The notes: generated by a model from the letters alone, not told the origin. Positions 23,345 to 36,470 are shown, numbered from the stretch's first letter. The stretch is DNA of 64,000 nt from Mobula hypostoma (GCF_963921235.1 NC_086101.1:15810001-15874000); one strand, 5' to 3'. Made by a program: numbers and translations.

Positions 23345-23860
23345 GTGAAACGGGCTGTCCAGGGAGGGGCGAGCACCTCTGCTGAAGCGGCTTGACCTCT
23401 CCCGGGACAACTCACCTACCCTTGGGTTCCACCAGACGCTCAGTTCCAAGTACCTGTCTGCATGCGAAAGCGGCCACACTCGGTTACACCGGTTCGACCG
23501 ACGGGCTAAACCAGGTGAAGACAGCCGGTGGTCCTCATACTCGAGTGAGATAGGGAAATCCCTGTCCTATCATACGAAGGAAACTAGTGGAAATCTATGG
23601 AATGGGAAACAGAATTAATGTTGAACTCATCCGCCGGTCTGGACAGATGTGATCAACGGTGAGATCCAACAGCCAGATCCAACAGGCGGGAAGGCGGTTC
23701 TGCAACACTCCGTGGACAGCGCACGGCATGACAAGGCACAGAAGATGTCATGGTCACCCACTACAACCAAGGAAGACCCCAGTTTGTGTCGACTACTCGT
23801 ACCACTGCACCCGGACATCCGAGGGCAAGAGTGTGGAACTGTCCCAGTTAACTTCCCCAC
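23345..23860 (+). mobile_element. Probable RTE-clade 5' fragment or related SINE (paralog at about 45950-46420)
   Basis: Resembles a recurrent chondrichthyan interspersed repeat as recalled; family assignment not verified. Confidence 0.3.
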
Positions 23861-25180
23861 GTTAGAAACCCCGCTCAGGTCTCCTGTGTTTGTTGGTACG
23901 CCGGGCAACCGCCAACAAACGAATCACGTCGTTCACACCTCTTGACCGAATAGATAAAATAACTAAGATAGTATTTTGTAGATTTTGGAAATCTGAAATA
24001 GCAACAGAAAATGCTTAAAAAAAAACTCAGCAGGTCAAGCACCATCTGCGGAGAGAGAAACAATTAATATTTCTATCCTGGGCCAGAGCGAGATGTTAAC
24101 GTTTCGGTTTCTCCTGAAGGATCTCAGAACTGTAAACATTAACTCTGTTTCCCATTCCATGGGTTCCCATTGTTTCCTGTTTTATTAGGAAGTAGGGAAG
24201 GTTCCACAATTCGATGCAGTTCATAATCCGTAAGGGAACGGAAATTACAGAAGTTTTGTATAGTCGAAGGCAGATTCTCCCCGATCACTCCCGGAAGAGC
24301 TAATAAAGGTTTAGTTCTAATTCTACCTTTGTCTTTTGTCAAGTAAATCTTCCGAAAGCCCACATGCGTCCGATGTTACTACTCCCTGCCGATAAATCCG
24401 GCTTGCTTGCAGATGTCAACTAACTTTGCAGTAGATCTTTACCCCGCACTTCACCATTTGGCTGTCTCACAGCGTCCGGTTTCCGGCCGCGTGTAAAACT
24501 AGTCGCTCAGCGTTCGGCAGCTGCGGTAGCGGTGTGAAGAGCTGATGCATGCAAACCGCCCGCTCCATGTTCAGCCCAGTGCGAGGCCGCTCTGACTCAC
24601 CGCAGCACCGATTATAGGATTATAGGAAGGATGAGCAAAGGGTGCAAAATAGTTTTACCGGGATTCTGGCTAGATTAGATGCCTTCATATGGCTTGTGTT
24701 ATATTATGAGGACAGACTAGACAAGTCGAGGGTGTACGATAGGAAATGCACTAAATTATCAAAGGCATTGATAGGGCAGGTATTAATAAACTTCACAAAG
24801 GCAGAGGTGTCGTATACCAGAGAGAATGGGTTCATGGACAGGAGTAAGAGAGGATCTGAGTGAGATTTTTTTTGCTTCAGAGGATGCTTGGAATCTGGGA
24901 TACAATGTCTGAGGGGTGGTGAAGGCAGAAACTCCTACTGCATTGAAGAAGCATTTGGATGAGCGTGAACTGTAAAGGGGGAGAAGGTTGCAGACCACGT
25001 GCTGGTAAATGGGCTGAGTACAGAATGCGACTTGTGTGTAGGGTAGTATAGATAATTTGGGACAAATGAGCTCTGTGCTGTGTGATTCTGTGGGTCACAG
25101 TCATGCACACACTCCTACACACAAATATACACACTCATACAGAAACACACGGACATACACACAAACACACACGCACAAAC

Positions 25181-27005
25181 TGTTACAAGCAGCGACTGAA
25201 GCGAACACAAGAGCAGGACACAGGCACGGAGATACGGTTGAGAGGTCACCGTCACGAACGTGGAACAGATAACCAGAAAACGGGGTTTTCTTGGAATAAC
25301 TTGAAACTAGAGCTGAACTTAGAACAAAGGGTTTTCAGCGGTCGGGAAACGAAGTTATCAAACGGGAAAAGACCATCGAACAGGTGATCCGTGGTCGTGA
25401 CGCCAGAGTTCTTATCCTGCAGTCGCTGATGGAAACCATGTGTGCTGAAATTAAGTGAACTAGCAGCAATTGGGAATCTAACGACTGGAATTAAGGCATA
25501 ATCAAGGAGACAGGAGGGAGATGGGGGAAGCCAGACGGGACCATGACAGTAACCCTCCCCATCAAAGGGAGCCTCCAGGCGAACCCGCAGGCTTGTCTGG
25601 ATGGTCCCGAAGGAAGTCACGGATGAGGGACGGGTCCAGGATGAAGGAGCGGTGAATCCAGAAATGTTGCTCCGGGCCGTATCCTTCCCAGTCGACCAGG
25701 TACTGGAGGTCCCTGCCCCGACGGCGCACATCCAGTAACCACCGGACGGTGTACGTTGGGCGGTCATCGATTATCCGGGCCGTTGGAGGGGGTTCAGTCG
25801 GAGGGCACAAGGGGCTGACGGAAACCGATTTTAATTGGGAAACGTGAAATATAGGAAGGATGTGCATAGATTCAGGCAGTTTGAGTTGAACCGTCATGGG
25901 GTTGATAATACTCTCAATCTCGAAATGTCCCAGGAAGCGAGGGACGAGCTTCTTGGGATCGTTCTTGAGAGGAATGTCTTTAGGCGATAGCCACGCCTTC
26001 TGCCCAGGTCGATACTCATGTGCAGGAGTCCGATGGCGATCGGCACTCCTCCGGTTGCGGTCGGCTGAGCGGAGCAGGGCCGTGTGTCTGTCTTCCCAGA
26101 CCTTGCGGCACCGGCGGATATTGGCCTGAAGAGAAGGCACCGCAATATCCTCTTCCTGAGAGGGAAACAGCTGGGGTTGGTAACCAAGAGAGCATTCAAA
26201 AGGAGATCTTCCGGTGGCGGTGCTGACCAGATGGTAGGCACTTCGTACATCCAACTTCGAGAAGATGGTGGCTCCGTGAAGCGGTTCAGACGCCGAATTA
26301 ATGAGGGGCAGTGGGTACTTGCTTTTAACGGGTATGTTGTTAAGGCCTCGGTAATCGATGTAGGGACGTAGTGATCCATCCTTCTTCCCCACAAAGAAGA
26401 ACCCTGCGCAGACCGGGGAGGATGAGGGCCGAATAATGCTCGCCGCGAGAGACTCACAGATGTACTTCTCCATGGCTTCTCTCTCAGGTCGGGACAAGTT
26501 ATACAACCGACTGGTGGATAACGAGGTCCATGGGAGAAGGTCGATAGCACGGTCGTAGGGTCGGTGTGGAGGCAGGGAAAGAGCCTGTTGTTTACTATAT
26601 ACTGGCTGTTGGCGCAACGGATCAGCGCCGGACTCCGGAGCGAAGGCTCCCGAGTTGCAATCCAAGTCGGGCTACCCCCGAGCACGCTTTTCATCCGTGC
26701 CGGGTTGAGCGTCAATCTAGACACTGGGCCTCGTAAAAAAAAAAGGGTCAAGTCAGGAACGTTCATTCGGTGAATCCGAAAGTACACCAATCGTGAACCC
26801 ACCACGCGCCAAACAAGAATGGCTGACTGTCTGCTGCGACTCGCTATTTTAAAAAAAACCTAAATACCTGTCCCAGGTAGTGGTACTCTGCTGGAACCCT
26901 GGACAAGTCGGGGGGGGGGGGGTTGGTGGTGGGTGGGTGGGGGAGGGGGTAGGGTTCCACGACAGGCGAGGTCGCGTTGACCTCCCCAGGTGTAGGGCCG
27001 ATTGA
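25181..27005 (-). mobile_element. Chromoviral Gypsy (Sushi-like) 3' remnant with 3' LTR 25181-25548
   Basis: RT start ([10 protein letters not shown]...YPLPLI...[13 protein letters not shown]) fused to integrase GPY/F and chromodomain ([11 protein letters not shown]). Polypurine tract ggggagggttac precedes the TGT...ACA LTR. Confidence 0.9.
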
Positions 27006-27619
27006 AGTATTTAATATACATTTACACTTACTGAAATTGATCTGCTTATTTATTACTTTTTCTACATTATCATGTATTGCATTGTATTGCTGCTTAAGTT
27101 AACAAATTTCACATTTGCTGGTGATATTAAACCCGATTCTGATACCGATGCCGTTTCCGGTTCTGATCTTGCAATCAGTCAGAGTTGGCATTGGGGGTAG
27201 AAACTTTAGAAGAATGAGGTGGTAAAACATGAGAAGAAATATTTTAACAAAGACTGTGATTGCGCTATGGACTGGACAGTTCGGTAGTTACTATTCTAAA
27301 AACATTAGACAGTACTGTACAGGAACGGGCCCTTCGGTAAACAATGTTGTGCCAAACTAATTGGTGACCAGATGTCCAATTAACCGAACCCTTCCCAACA
27401 TAATGTCCGTATCCCTCATTTCCTGCACATCCATGTGCCTGTTTAAGAGCTTGTTGAATGCCTGATTGTATCTGTCTGTGAAAAACACTTGCCCGCACTT
27501 CTCCTTTGAACATTCCCCCTCTTACTTTAAATTCACACTATCTGGAATCGGACATTTTTCCCTGTGACAATGATATCAACTGTCTCCTCTGTCTGTGTCT
27601 CTAATAAACTATAAACCTC

Positions 27620-28952
27620 TATCAAGTCAGAGGCTTCAGCGGCAGCGGAAGGCAGGCGGAGCATCACCAAACGTGGTGAGTTCTTTCTCCTTGCGGGGGA
27701 TTTTTCTTAAAAACCGTAGCCAGTGCACAAAAACGGGAAATGTCGGATGCATCGGCAGCAGTGGAAGGCAGGTAGAGCACCACCAAACGTGATGAGTTCC
27801 TTCTCCTTGTGTGGGGAGTTTTCTTATTTTTTAAACCATAAAGGAGAGATCGGGCCCAGCGGAGTGGCCACCTTTGAAGTGGCCGTCGTCAGAGTGGGAA
27901 TGGAAGAGGCTGAGGCCAAAGAAACAGGGAGGAAGGGTAGGCTTTTTCCTTTCGTTATTGCTGATTTGGTCCATATCTGCCCATAGTCCAGTGGAGGCAG
28001 GATGGCAGATATGGCAGTGGAATGTTGCTCTTGCAGGATGTGGGAATTCATGGAACCTGATAGTCTCCCTGATGTCTACACCCGTGGGAAGTGCAGCCAA
28101 CTCCAGCTAATGAAAGACCACATTAAAGAGCTGGAACTGGAGGTGGATGAACTAAGGATCATCCGGAGGGAGGCAAACTGATAGATAAGACTATTGAGTT
28201 ACACCCTGAGTGCAGAATTCAGGGAGTAGATGGGCGAACACCGAAAAGATAACAAGAGAAAGAAATCTGTGCAGGGTCCCCCTGTGGCCATTCCCCTCAG
28301 CAACAGGTATAACTCTTTGGATACTGCTGAGGGGGATGACCTACCTGGGCAAGGCAGCAGCAGCCAGACTAATAGGACTGCGGTCAGCTCTGAGCCTCAG
28401 AAGAGTATGGTGAAGTCAGGTGAAGCAATAGTCATAGGGGACTTGATAGTTAGGGTGACAGACAGGAGATTCTGTGGCAGCAAAAGAGACATCAGGATGG
28501 TGTGTTGTATTCCAGGTGCTAGGGTCCTGGATGTCTCCGACCGGTTGCAGAATATTCTTGAAGGGGAAGGTTAGAAGCCAGAGGTCTGGCTCCAATGTAC
28601 TTGTCCCAATGACTTAGACAGGCGAGTGGTAGAGGTCCTGTGCAGTAAGATGAGGAAGTTAGGAAGGAGGTTGAAGAGCAGGACTTCCAACGTCCTCTGG
28701 ATTACTCCCTGTGCCACGAGCTAGGGAGGGACAGGAAGACAGTGCAGAAGAATGATTGGCTGAGGATATGGTGCAGGGAGTAGAGTGTCAAGTTCTTAGA
28801 TCATTGGAACCTTTTCTGGGGAAGGGGTGACCTGTAAAAGTGGGATGGGTTGCACCTGAACTGGAGGGGAACCTATATATTGGGAGGAAGCTTTGCTAGT
28901 GCTGTTAGTGTGGGTTTAAACGAGATTTGCAGGGGACTAGGAACCAAAGTGA
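27620..28952 (+). mobile_element. CR1 5' UTR and ORF1, duplicate of 10961-12272, truncated by Penelope
   Basis: MGEHRKDNKRKKSVQGPP...IVIGDLIVR...MVCCIPG matches the ORF at 11562-11906. Confidence 0.85.
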
Positions 28953-31170
28953 TGGTGTGGGAGACAATGGCCTGATGCTCCTTAGTGGGGTCACGATCGA
29001 GGGGTAAATAAGAGGAGGTATCCGCGAGTTGTCGTTGTGCCTTGGCAAGGTAGAAGTCAGTACGCCAGACTACAACAGCACCCCCCTTATCGGCGGGTAA
29101 CCCGTTGTCTCCCACACCATCACCGACTTTATCCACTCAGGGGATCTCCCATACACTGCTACCAACCTTTAGTTCCCACACCTCGCACTTCCCGTTTCTA
29201 CCTCCTACCCAAGATCCACAAACCTGCCTGTCCTGGCAGACCTATTGTCACAGCTTGCTCCTGCCCCACCGAACTCGTTTCTGCATACCTCGACACGGTT
29301 TTATCCCCCCCTTGTTCAATCCCTTCCGACCTATGTTCGTGACACTTCTCACGCTCTTAAACTTTTCGATAATTTTAAGTTCCCTGGCACCCACCGCTTT
29401 ATTTTCACCATGGATGTCCAGTCCCTATATACTTCCATCCCCCATCAGGAAGGTCTCAAAGCTCTCCGCTTCTTTTTGGATTCGAGACCTAATCAGTTCC
29501 CCTCCACCACGACTCTGCTCTGTCTAGCGGAATTAGTCCTTACTCTTAATAATTTCTCCTTTTGCTCCTCCCATTTCCTCCAAACTAAAGGTGTAGCTAT
29601 GGGCACCCGTATGGGTCCTAGCTATGCCTGCCTTTTTGTTGGCTTTGTGGAACAATCTATGTTCCGTTCCTATTCCGGTATCTGTTCCCCACTTTTCATT
29701 CGCTGCATCGCCGACTGCATTGGCGCTGCTTCCTGCACGCATGCTGAGCTCGTTGACTTTATTAACTTTGCCTCCAACTTTCACCCTGCCCTGAAGTTTA
29801 CCTGGTCCATTTCCTGCATCTCCCTCCCCTTTCTAGATCTTTCTGTCTCTATCTCTGGAGACAGCTTATCCACTGATGTCTACTATAAACCTACTGATTC
29901 TCACAGCTATCTGGACTATTCCTCTTCTCACCCTGTCTCTTGCAAAAATGCCATCCCCTTCTCGCAATTCCTCTGTCTCTGCCGCATCTGCTCTCAGGAT
30001 GAGGCTTTTCATTCCAGGACGAGGGAGATGTCCTCCTTTTTTAAAGAAAGGGGCTTCCCTTCCTCCACCATCAACTCTGCTCTCAAACGTATCTCCTCCA
30101 TTTCACACACATCTGCTCTCACACCATCCTCCCGCCACCCCACTAGGAATAGGGTTCCCCTGGTCCTCACCTACCACCCCACCAGCCTCCGGGTCCAACA
30201 TATTATTCTCCGTAACTTCCGCCACCTCCAACGGTATCCCACAACTAAGCACATCTTTCCCTCCCCACCTCTCTCTGCTTTCCACAGGGATCGCTCCCTA
30301 CGCGACTCCCTTGTCCATTCGTTCCCCCCCATCCCTCCCCACTGATCTCCCTCCTGGCACTTATCCTTGTAAGCGGAGCAAGTGCTACACATGCCCTTAC
30401 ACTTCCTCCCTTACCACAATTCAGGGCCCCAGACAGTCCTTCCAGGTGAGGCGACACTTCACCTGTAAGTCGGCTGGGGTGATATACTGCGTCCGGTTCT
30501 CCCGATGTGGCCTTCTATATATTGGCGAGACCCAACGCAGACTGGGAGACCGCTTTGCTGAACATCTACACTCTGTCCGCCAGAGAAAGCAGGATCTCCC
30601 AGTGGCCACACATTTTAATTCCACATCCCATTCCCATTCTGACATGTCTATCCACGGCCTCCTCTCCTGTAAAGATGAAGCCACACTCAGGTTGGAGGAA
30701 CAACACCTTATATTCCATCTGGGTAGCCTCCAACCTGATGGCATGAACATTGACTTCTCTAACTTCCGCTAATGCCCCACCTCCCCCCCGTACCCCATCC
30801 GTTATTTATTTTTATACACACATTCTTTCTCTCTCTCTGCTTTTTCTCCCTCTGTCCCTCTGACTATACCCCTTGCCCATCCTCTGGGTTCCGCCCCCCC
30901 CGCCCTTGTCTTTCTCCCCGGACCTCTTGTCCCATGATCCTCTCATATCCCCTTTGCCAATCACCTGTCCAGCTCTTGGCTCCATCCCTCCCCCTCCTGT
31001 CTTCTCCTATCATTTTGGATCACCCATCCCCCTCCCACTTTCAAATCTCTTACTAACCCTTCCTTCGGTTAGACCTAACGAAGGGTCTCGACCTGATACG
31101 TCGACTGTACCTCTTCCTAGAGATGCTGCCTGGACTGCTGCGTTCACCAGCAACTTTGATGTGTGTTGCA
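28949..31170 (+). mobile_element. Penelope-like element (RT plus GIY-YIG), 5'-truncated with inverted 5' segment
   Basis: TMDVQSLYTSIPH, QTKGVAMGTRMGPSYA, VIYCVRF...LLYIGETQRRLGDRFAEH. Segment 28949-29097 encodes the upstream PADKGGAVVVW part on the opposite strand. Confidence 0.92.
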
Positions 31171-31176
31171 GCAGTT

Positions 31177-32249
31177 AAATACGTTGTGTTTACCCCAAAA
31201 AGACTACAATGACCATGAGCCTTGCGTGGGCACCAGTGCGCAAGCGTACACGTACCGATTTTTACCTAAAATCGTTTTTGCGATTCCGGCCGGCATGGTG
31301 GGGAATGTTAGTCACGACCGGAATATGGGTGATAAGTGACTAATACACTCAATTTCGTTTCTAAAAGGGTTTATCTAACGAATTTAATATTAAACACACA
31401 GCACATATTTTCCTGGCATGAATATAGCGATAAGTCAATTATCAGGGGAAGACAGGGGAGCTTGAAGTAAGCATTGAACGAACTTCCAGTAGAAGTGGTA
31501 GAGGCAGGTTCGATGTTATCATTTAAAGAAAAATTGGATAGCTATATGGACAGGAAAGGAATGGAGGGTTATGAGCTGAGTGCAGGTCGGTGGGACTAGG
31601 TGAGAGTAGCGTTCGGCACGGACTAGAAGGGCCGAGATCGCCTGTTTCCGTGCTGTAATTGTTATATGGTTATATGGTTATATAAGTCGATAGCATCTTA
31701 ACATTTTAAGTAACGTTTGGATATTAAACACACAGCACATATTTTCCCCGTATGAACATATAAAATCATTGCAACACACCAATATCGCTGAGTCAGTGGG
31801 AGCCCTGGGCTTGTTTTCCTACAACAAGACGGTCCTATCGAGGGGTGATGGGAGACAGCGATACTCGAAGGGGGTTCCTTATGTCCAGTCTATTCCGCAA
31901 TTCAGTTTTCATTGCATTGATTGCAGAAGTATGTTGGAAATGGAAGCAACGTTTTCATTGCTTTTGTGGCTATCTCAGAATATTTAGCCTTGACTTTGAG
32001 CCAGAATGCCGGCAGAGATGTTATGTCAAAAATACTTTTCAGCCCGCCGTCATTTGCAAGCTCGAGGAGTTGATCTCCTTCCCGCGCTGACATGGATGAC
32101 GCATGGGTAATGACCTCGCGTGTGTTCAAGCTCAACAGTGGGTGAGACAGAGAATGAGGAAAGGTGCAGCTGACTCATATCGCCAGATCATATCGTTTCC
32201 TCGAGGCCCGGTAGCGCATGCTTTGCGGCCCGGTGGTTGGGGACCGCTG
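31177..32249 (-). mobile_element. Non-autonomous hAT (Charlie/Buster) element with embedded CR1 3' end; one terminus missing
   Basis: Dimerisation-domain fragment LLELANDGGLK...AFWLKVK...KTLLPFPTY; terminus ggttggggaccgctg flanked by ctttagca. Confidence 0.75.
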
Positions 32250-32254
32250 CTTTA

Positions 32255-34456
32255 GCATTATCATGGAAAAGGATAGAATCAGAGAGGACTGGAAAATTTT
32301 TAATTGAGGAAGGGCAAATTATGAGGCTATAAAGCTAGAACTTGCGGGTGTGAATTGGGATTATGTTTTCTCAGGGAAACGTACCATGGACATGTGGTCG
32401 ATGTTTAGGGATCTCTTGCAAGATGTTAGGGATAAATTTGTCCCGGTGAGGAAGATAAAGAATGGTAGGGTGAAGGAACCATGGATGACGAATAAGGTGG
32501 AAAATCTAGTCAGGTGGAAGAAGGCAGCATACATGAGGTTTAGGAAGCAAGGATCAGATGGGTCTATTGATGAATATAGGGTAGCAAGAAAGGAGCTTAA
32601 GAAAGGGCTGAGAAGAGCTAGAAGGGCACATGAGAAGGCCTTGGTGAGTAGGGTAAAGGAAAAGCCCAAGGCATTCTTCAATTATGTGAAGAAGAAGAGG
32701 ATTACAGGAGTGAATGTAGGACCAATTAGAGATAATGGTGGAAAGGTGTGCCTGGAGGCTGTGGAAGTGAGCGAGGTCCTCAATGAATACTTTTCATCGG
32801 TATTCACCAATGAGAGGGAACTTGATGATGGTGAGGACAATATGAGTGAGGTTGATGTTCTGGAGCATGTTGATATTAAGGGAGAGGAGGTGTTGGAGTT
32901 GTTAAAATACATTAGGACGGATAAGTCCCCGGGGCCTGACGGAATATTCCCCAGACTGCTCCACGAGGCGAGGGACGAGATTGCTGAGCCCCTGGCCAGG
33001 ATCTTTATGTCCTCGTTGTCCACGGCAATGGTACCGGAGGATTGGAGGGAGGCGAATGTTATCCCGTTGTTCAAAAAAGTTAGTAGGGATAGTCGGGTAA
33101 TTATAGACCAGTGAGCCTTACGTCTGTGGTGGGAAAGCTGTTGGGAAAGATTCTTAGAGATAGGATCTATGGGCATTTAGAGAATCATGGTCTGATCAGG
33201 AGTAGTCAGCATGGCTTTGTGAAAGGCATATCGTGTCTAACAAACCTGATAGAGTTCTTTGAGGAGGTGACCAGGCATATAGATGAAAGTAGTGCAGTGG
33301 ATGTGATCTATATGTATTTTAGTAAGGCATTTGACAAGGTTCTACACGGTAGGCTTATTCAGAAAGTCAGAAGGCATGGGATCCAGGGAAGTTTGGCCAA
33401 GTGGATTCAGAATTGGCTTGCCTGCAGAAGGCAGAGGATCGTGGTGGAGGGAGTACATTCAGATTGGAGGGTTGTGACTCGCGGTGTCGCACAAGGATCG
33501 GTTCTGGGACCTCTACTCTTCGTGATTTTTATTAACGACCTGGATGTGGGTGTAGAAGGGTGGGTTGGAAAGTTTGCAGACGACACAAAGGTTGGTGGTG
33601 TTGTAGATAGTGGAGAGGATTGTCTAAGATTGCAGAGAGATATTGATAGAATGCAGAAGTGGGCTGAGAAGTGGCAGATGGAGTTCAATGCGGAGAAGTG
33701 TGAGGTGGTACACTTTGGAAGGACAAGCTCCATGGCAGAATACAAAGTAAATGGCATAATACTTGGTAGTGTGGAGGAGCAGAGGGATCTCGGGGTACAT
33801 GTCCACAGATCACTGAAGGTTGCCTCATGGGTGGATAGGATAGTTAAGAAAGCTTATGTGGTGTTAGCTTTCATAAGTCGAGGGATAGATTTTAAGAGTC
33901 GCGATGGAATGATGCAGCTCTATAAAATTCTGGTTAGGCCACACTTGGAGTACTGTGTCCAGTTCTGGTTGCCTCACTATAGAAAGGATGTGGAAGCATA
34001 GGAAAGGGTACAGAGGAGATTTACAGAAGGGTACATTAGAGAGTATGGATTATGATCAGAGATTAAGGGAGTTAGGGCTTTACTCTTTGGAGAGAAGGAG
34101 GAGGAGAGGAGACATGATAGATGTGTACAAGATATTAAGAGGAATGGATAGAGTTGATAGCCAGCACCACTTCCCCAGGCCACCACTTCTCAATACAAGA
34201 GCACATGGCTTTAAGATAAAGGATGGGAAGTTCAAGGGGGATATTAGAGGAAGCTTATTACTCAGAGAGGGGTTGGTGCGTGGAATGCACTGCCTGAGTC
34301 AGTGGTAGAGGCAAATACACTAGTGAAGTTTAAGAGACTACTAGACAGGTATATGGAGGAATTTAATTTGGGGGGGTTATATGGGAGGGAGGGTTTGAGG
34401 TTCAGCACAACATTGTGGGCCGAAGGGCCTGTAATGTGCTGTACGATTCTATGTTC
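32255..34456 (+). mobile_element. CR1 LINE ORF2, 5'-truncated
   Basis: DKSPGPDGIFP, QHGFVKG..CLTNLIEFF, PLLFVIFINDLD, KFADDTK; tail attctatgttcta. Confidence 0.9.
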
Positions 34457-34559
34457 TAAGACGTATTCACAGGGAAGAAGGACACTACCTTGGCCGACAA
34501 GTGATGGCATAGCCAAAGTAAACGCAAAAGTGAGGGCATGCGAGGACGCCAGAGCTACT

Positions 34560-36470
34560 GGGAAGACAGAGGATTAGGAAGCTTTTAAAAACTTGCAGAA
34601 GGAAACTAAGAAGTTCATTCAGAAGGAAAAAATGAATTATGAGAGGAAGCTGGTGACTATTAGCAAAGAAGATACTGAAAGCTTTTAAGTATATAAAGGG
34701 TAAAAGAGAGTCGAGGTTAGTTATAGGACCAATACAAAATGACACTGGAGATGTTGTAATGAGAGATGCAGAGATGGCAGAGGAACTGAAGACATCTGCA
34801 GTATACCGGACATTCAAGAGTGCCAGGGAAGTGAAGTTCCTCTGGAGAAAATTACGACTGAGAAGGTGTTCAGGAAAGTTAATGGTCTGAGTGTGAATAA
34901 ATCTCCTGGATCTGATGGAATTGACCCTTGGGTTCTGAAGGAAGTAGCTGGAGAGATTGCTGAGGAATTAACGATCTTTCAGAATCGATAGATTCTGGCA
35001 TTGGACTGGATGACTGCAAATATTGTTCCGCTATTTAAGAAGGGTGGAAGGCAGCTGAAGGAAACTATAGATCTGTTAGCCTGGCATCAGTGGTTGGGAA
35101 TTTGTTGAAATTGATTGTTAGGGATGAGATTATGGAGTACCGGAAGGCACATGACAAGACAGACCAAAGCCAGCATGGTTTCCTGAAAGGAAAATCCTGC
35201 CTGACAAACCTACTGCAATTCTTTGAGGAAATTACAAGCTGGGTAGACAAAGGAGATGCAGTAGACGTGGTGTACTTGGATTTTCAGAAGGCCTTTAACA
35301 AGGTGCCGCACATGAGGCTGCTTAGCAAGATAAGAGCCCATGGAATTACAGGGAAGTTACTAGCCTGGATGGAGCATTGGCTGGTCGGCAGAAAACAGAG
35401 ATTGGGAATAAAGGGATCCTATTCTGACTGGCTATCGTTTACCACTGGAGATCCACAAGGGTTAGTGTTGAGGCCGTTGCTTTTTATGATGTATATCATT
35501 GATTTGGACTATGGTATTAATGGATTTATAGCTAAATTTGCCAATGATACAAAGATAGGTGGAGGACAGGTAGTGTTGAGAAAACAGAGAGCCTGCAGAG
35601 AGACTTAGATAGGTTAGAGGAACGGGCAAAGAAGTGGCAAATGAAATACAATGTTGGAAAGTGTATGGTCATGCACTTTGGTGGAAGAAATAAATGGGCA
35701 GCCTATTATCTAGATGGGTAGAGAATTCAAAATGCTGAGATGCAAAGGGTCTTGGGAGTCCTTGTGCAGGACACCTTCAGGACCTGGTTAACCTCCAGGT
35801 CGAGTAGGTTGTGAAGAAGGCGAATGCAATGTTGGCATTCATTTCTGGAGGTATAGAATATAAGAGCAGGAATGTGATGTTGAGGCTCTTTTAGGCACTC
35901 GTGAGACCATACTTGGAGTATTGTGTGCAATTTTGGGTTCCTTATTTTAGAAAGGATATACTGACATTGGAAAGGGTTCAGAGAAGATTCACGAGAATGA
36001 TTCCAGGAATGAAAGGGTGACCATATGAGGAACGTCTGACATCTCTGGGGCTGTATTCTCTAGAGTTCTGGAGAATGATGGGGGATCTCATAGAAACATT
36101 TCGGATGTTAAAAGGCCTGAACAGATTAGATATGGCAAAGTTATTTCCCATGGTAGGGGATTCTAGGACCAGAGGGCACGGCTTCAGGTTTGAAGAACGT
36201 CCTTTTAGAACTGATATGCGGAGAAATTACTTTAGTCAGAGGGTGGTAAATCTGTGAAATTTGTTGCCACAAGTGGCTGTGGAGGCCAAGTCATTGTGTG
36301 TATTTAAGGCAGAGATAGATGGGTTCTTGATTAGCCAGGGCATCAAAGGGTATGGGGTGAAGGCAGAGGAATGGGGATGGGTGGAAGAATTAGATCATCC
36401 CACGATTGAATGGCGGAGCAGCCTTGATGGGCTGAATGGCCTACTTCTGCTCCTATATCTTATGGTCTTA
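34560..36470 (+). mobile_element. Degenerate CR1 ORF2
   Basis: QHGFLKGKSCLTNLLQFF...KFANDTK; RNYFSQRVVNL. Confidence 0.8.

Larger units (their letters stand above)
10335..27005. repeat. Left copy of tandem segmental duplication
   Basis: 10335-12272 matches 27005-28952, and 18505-27006 matches 40051-54922 (with later insertions). Confidence 0.8.
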
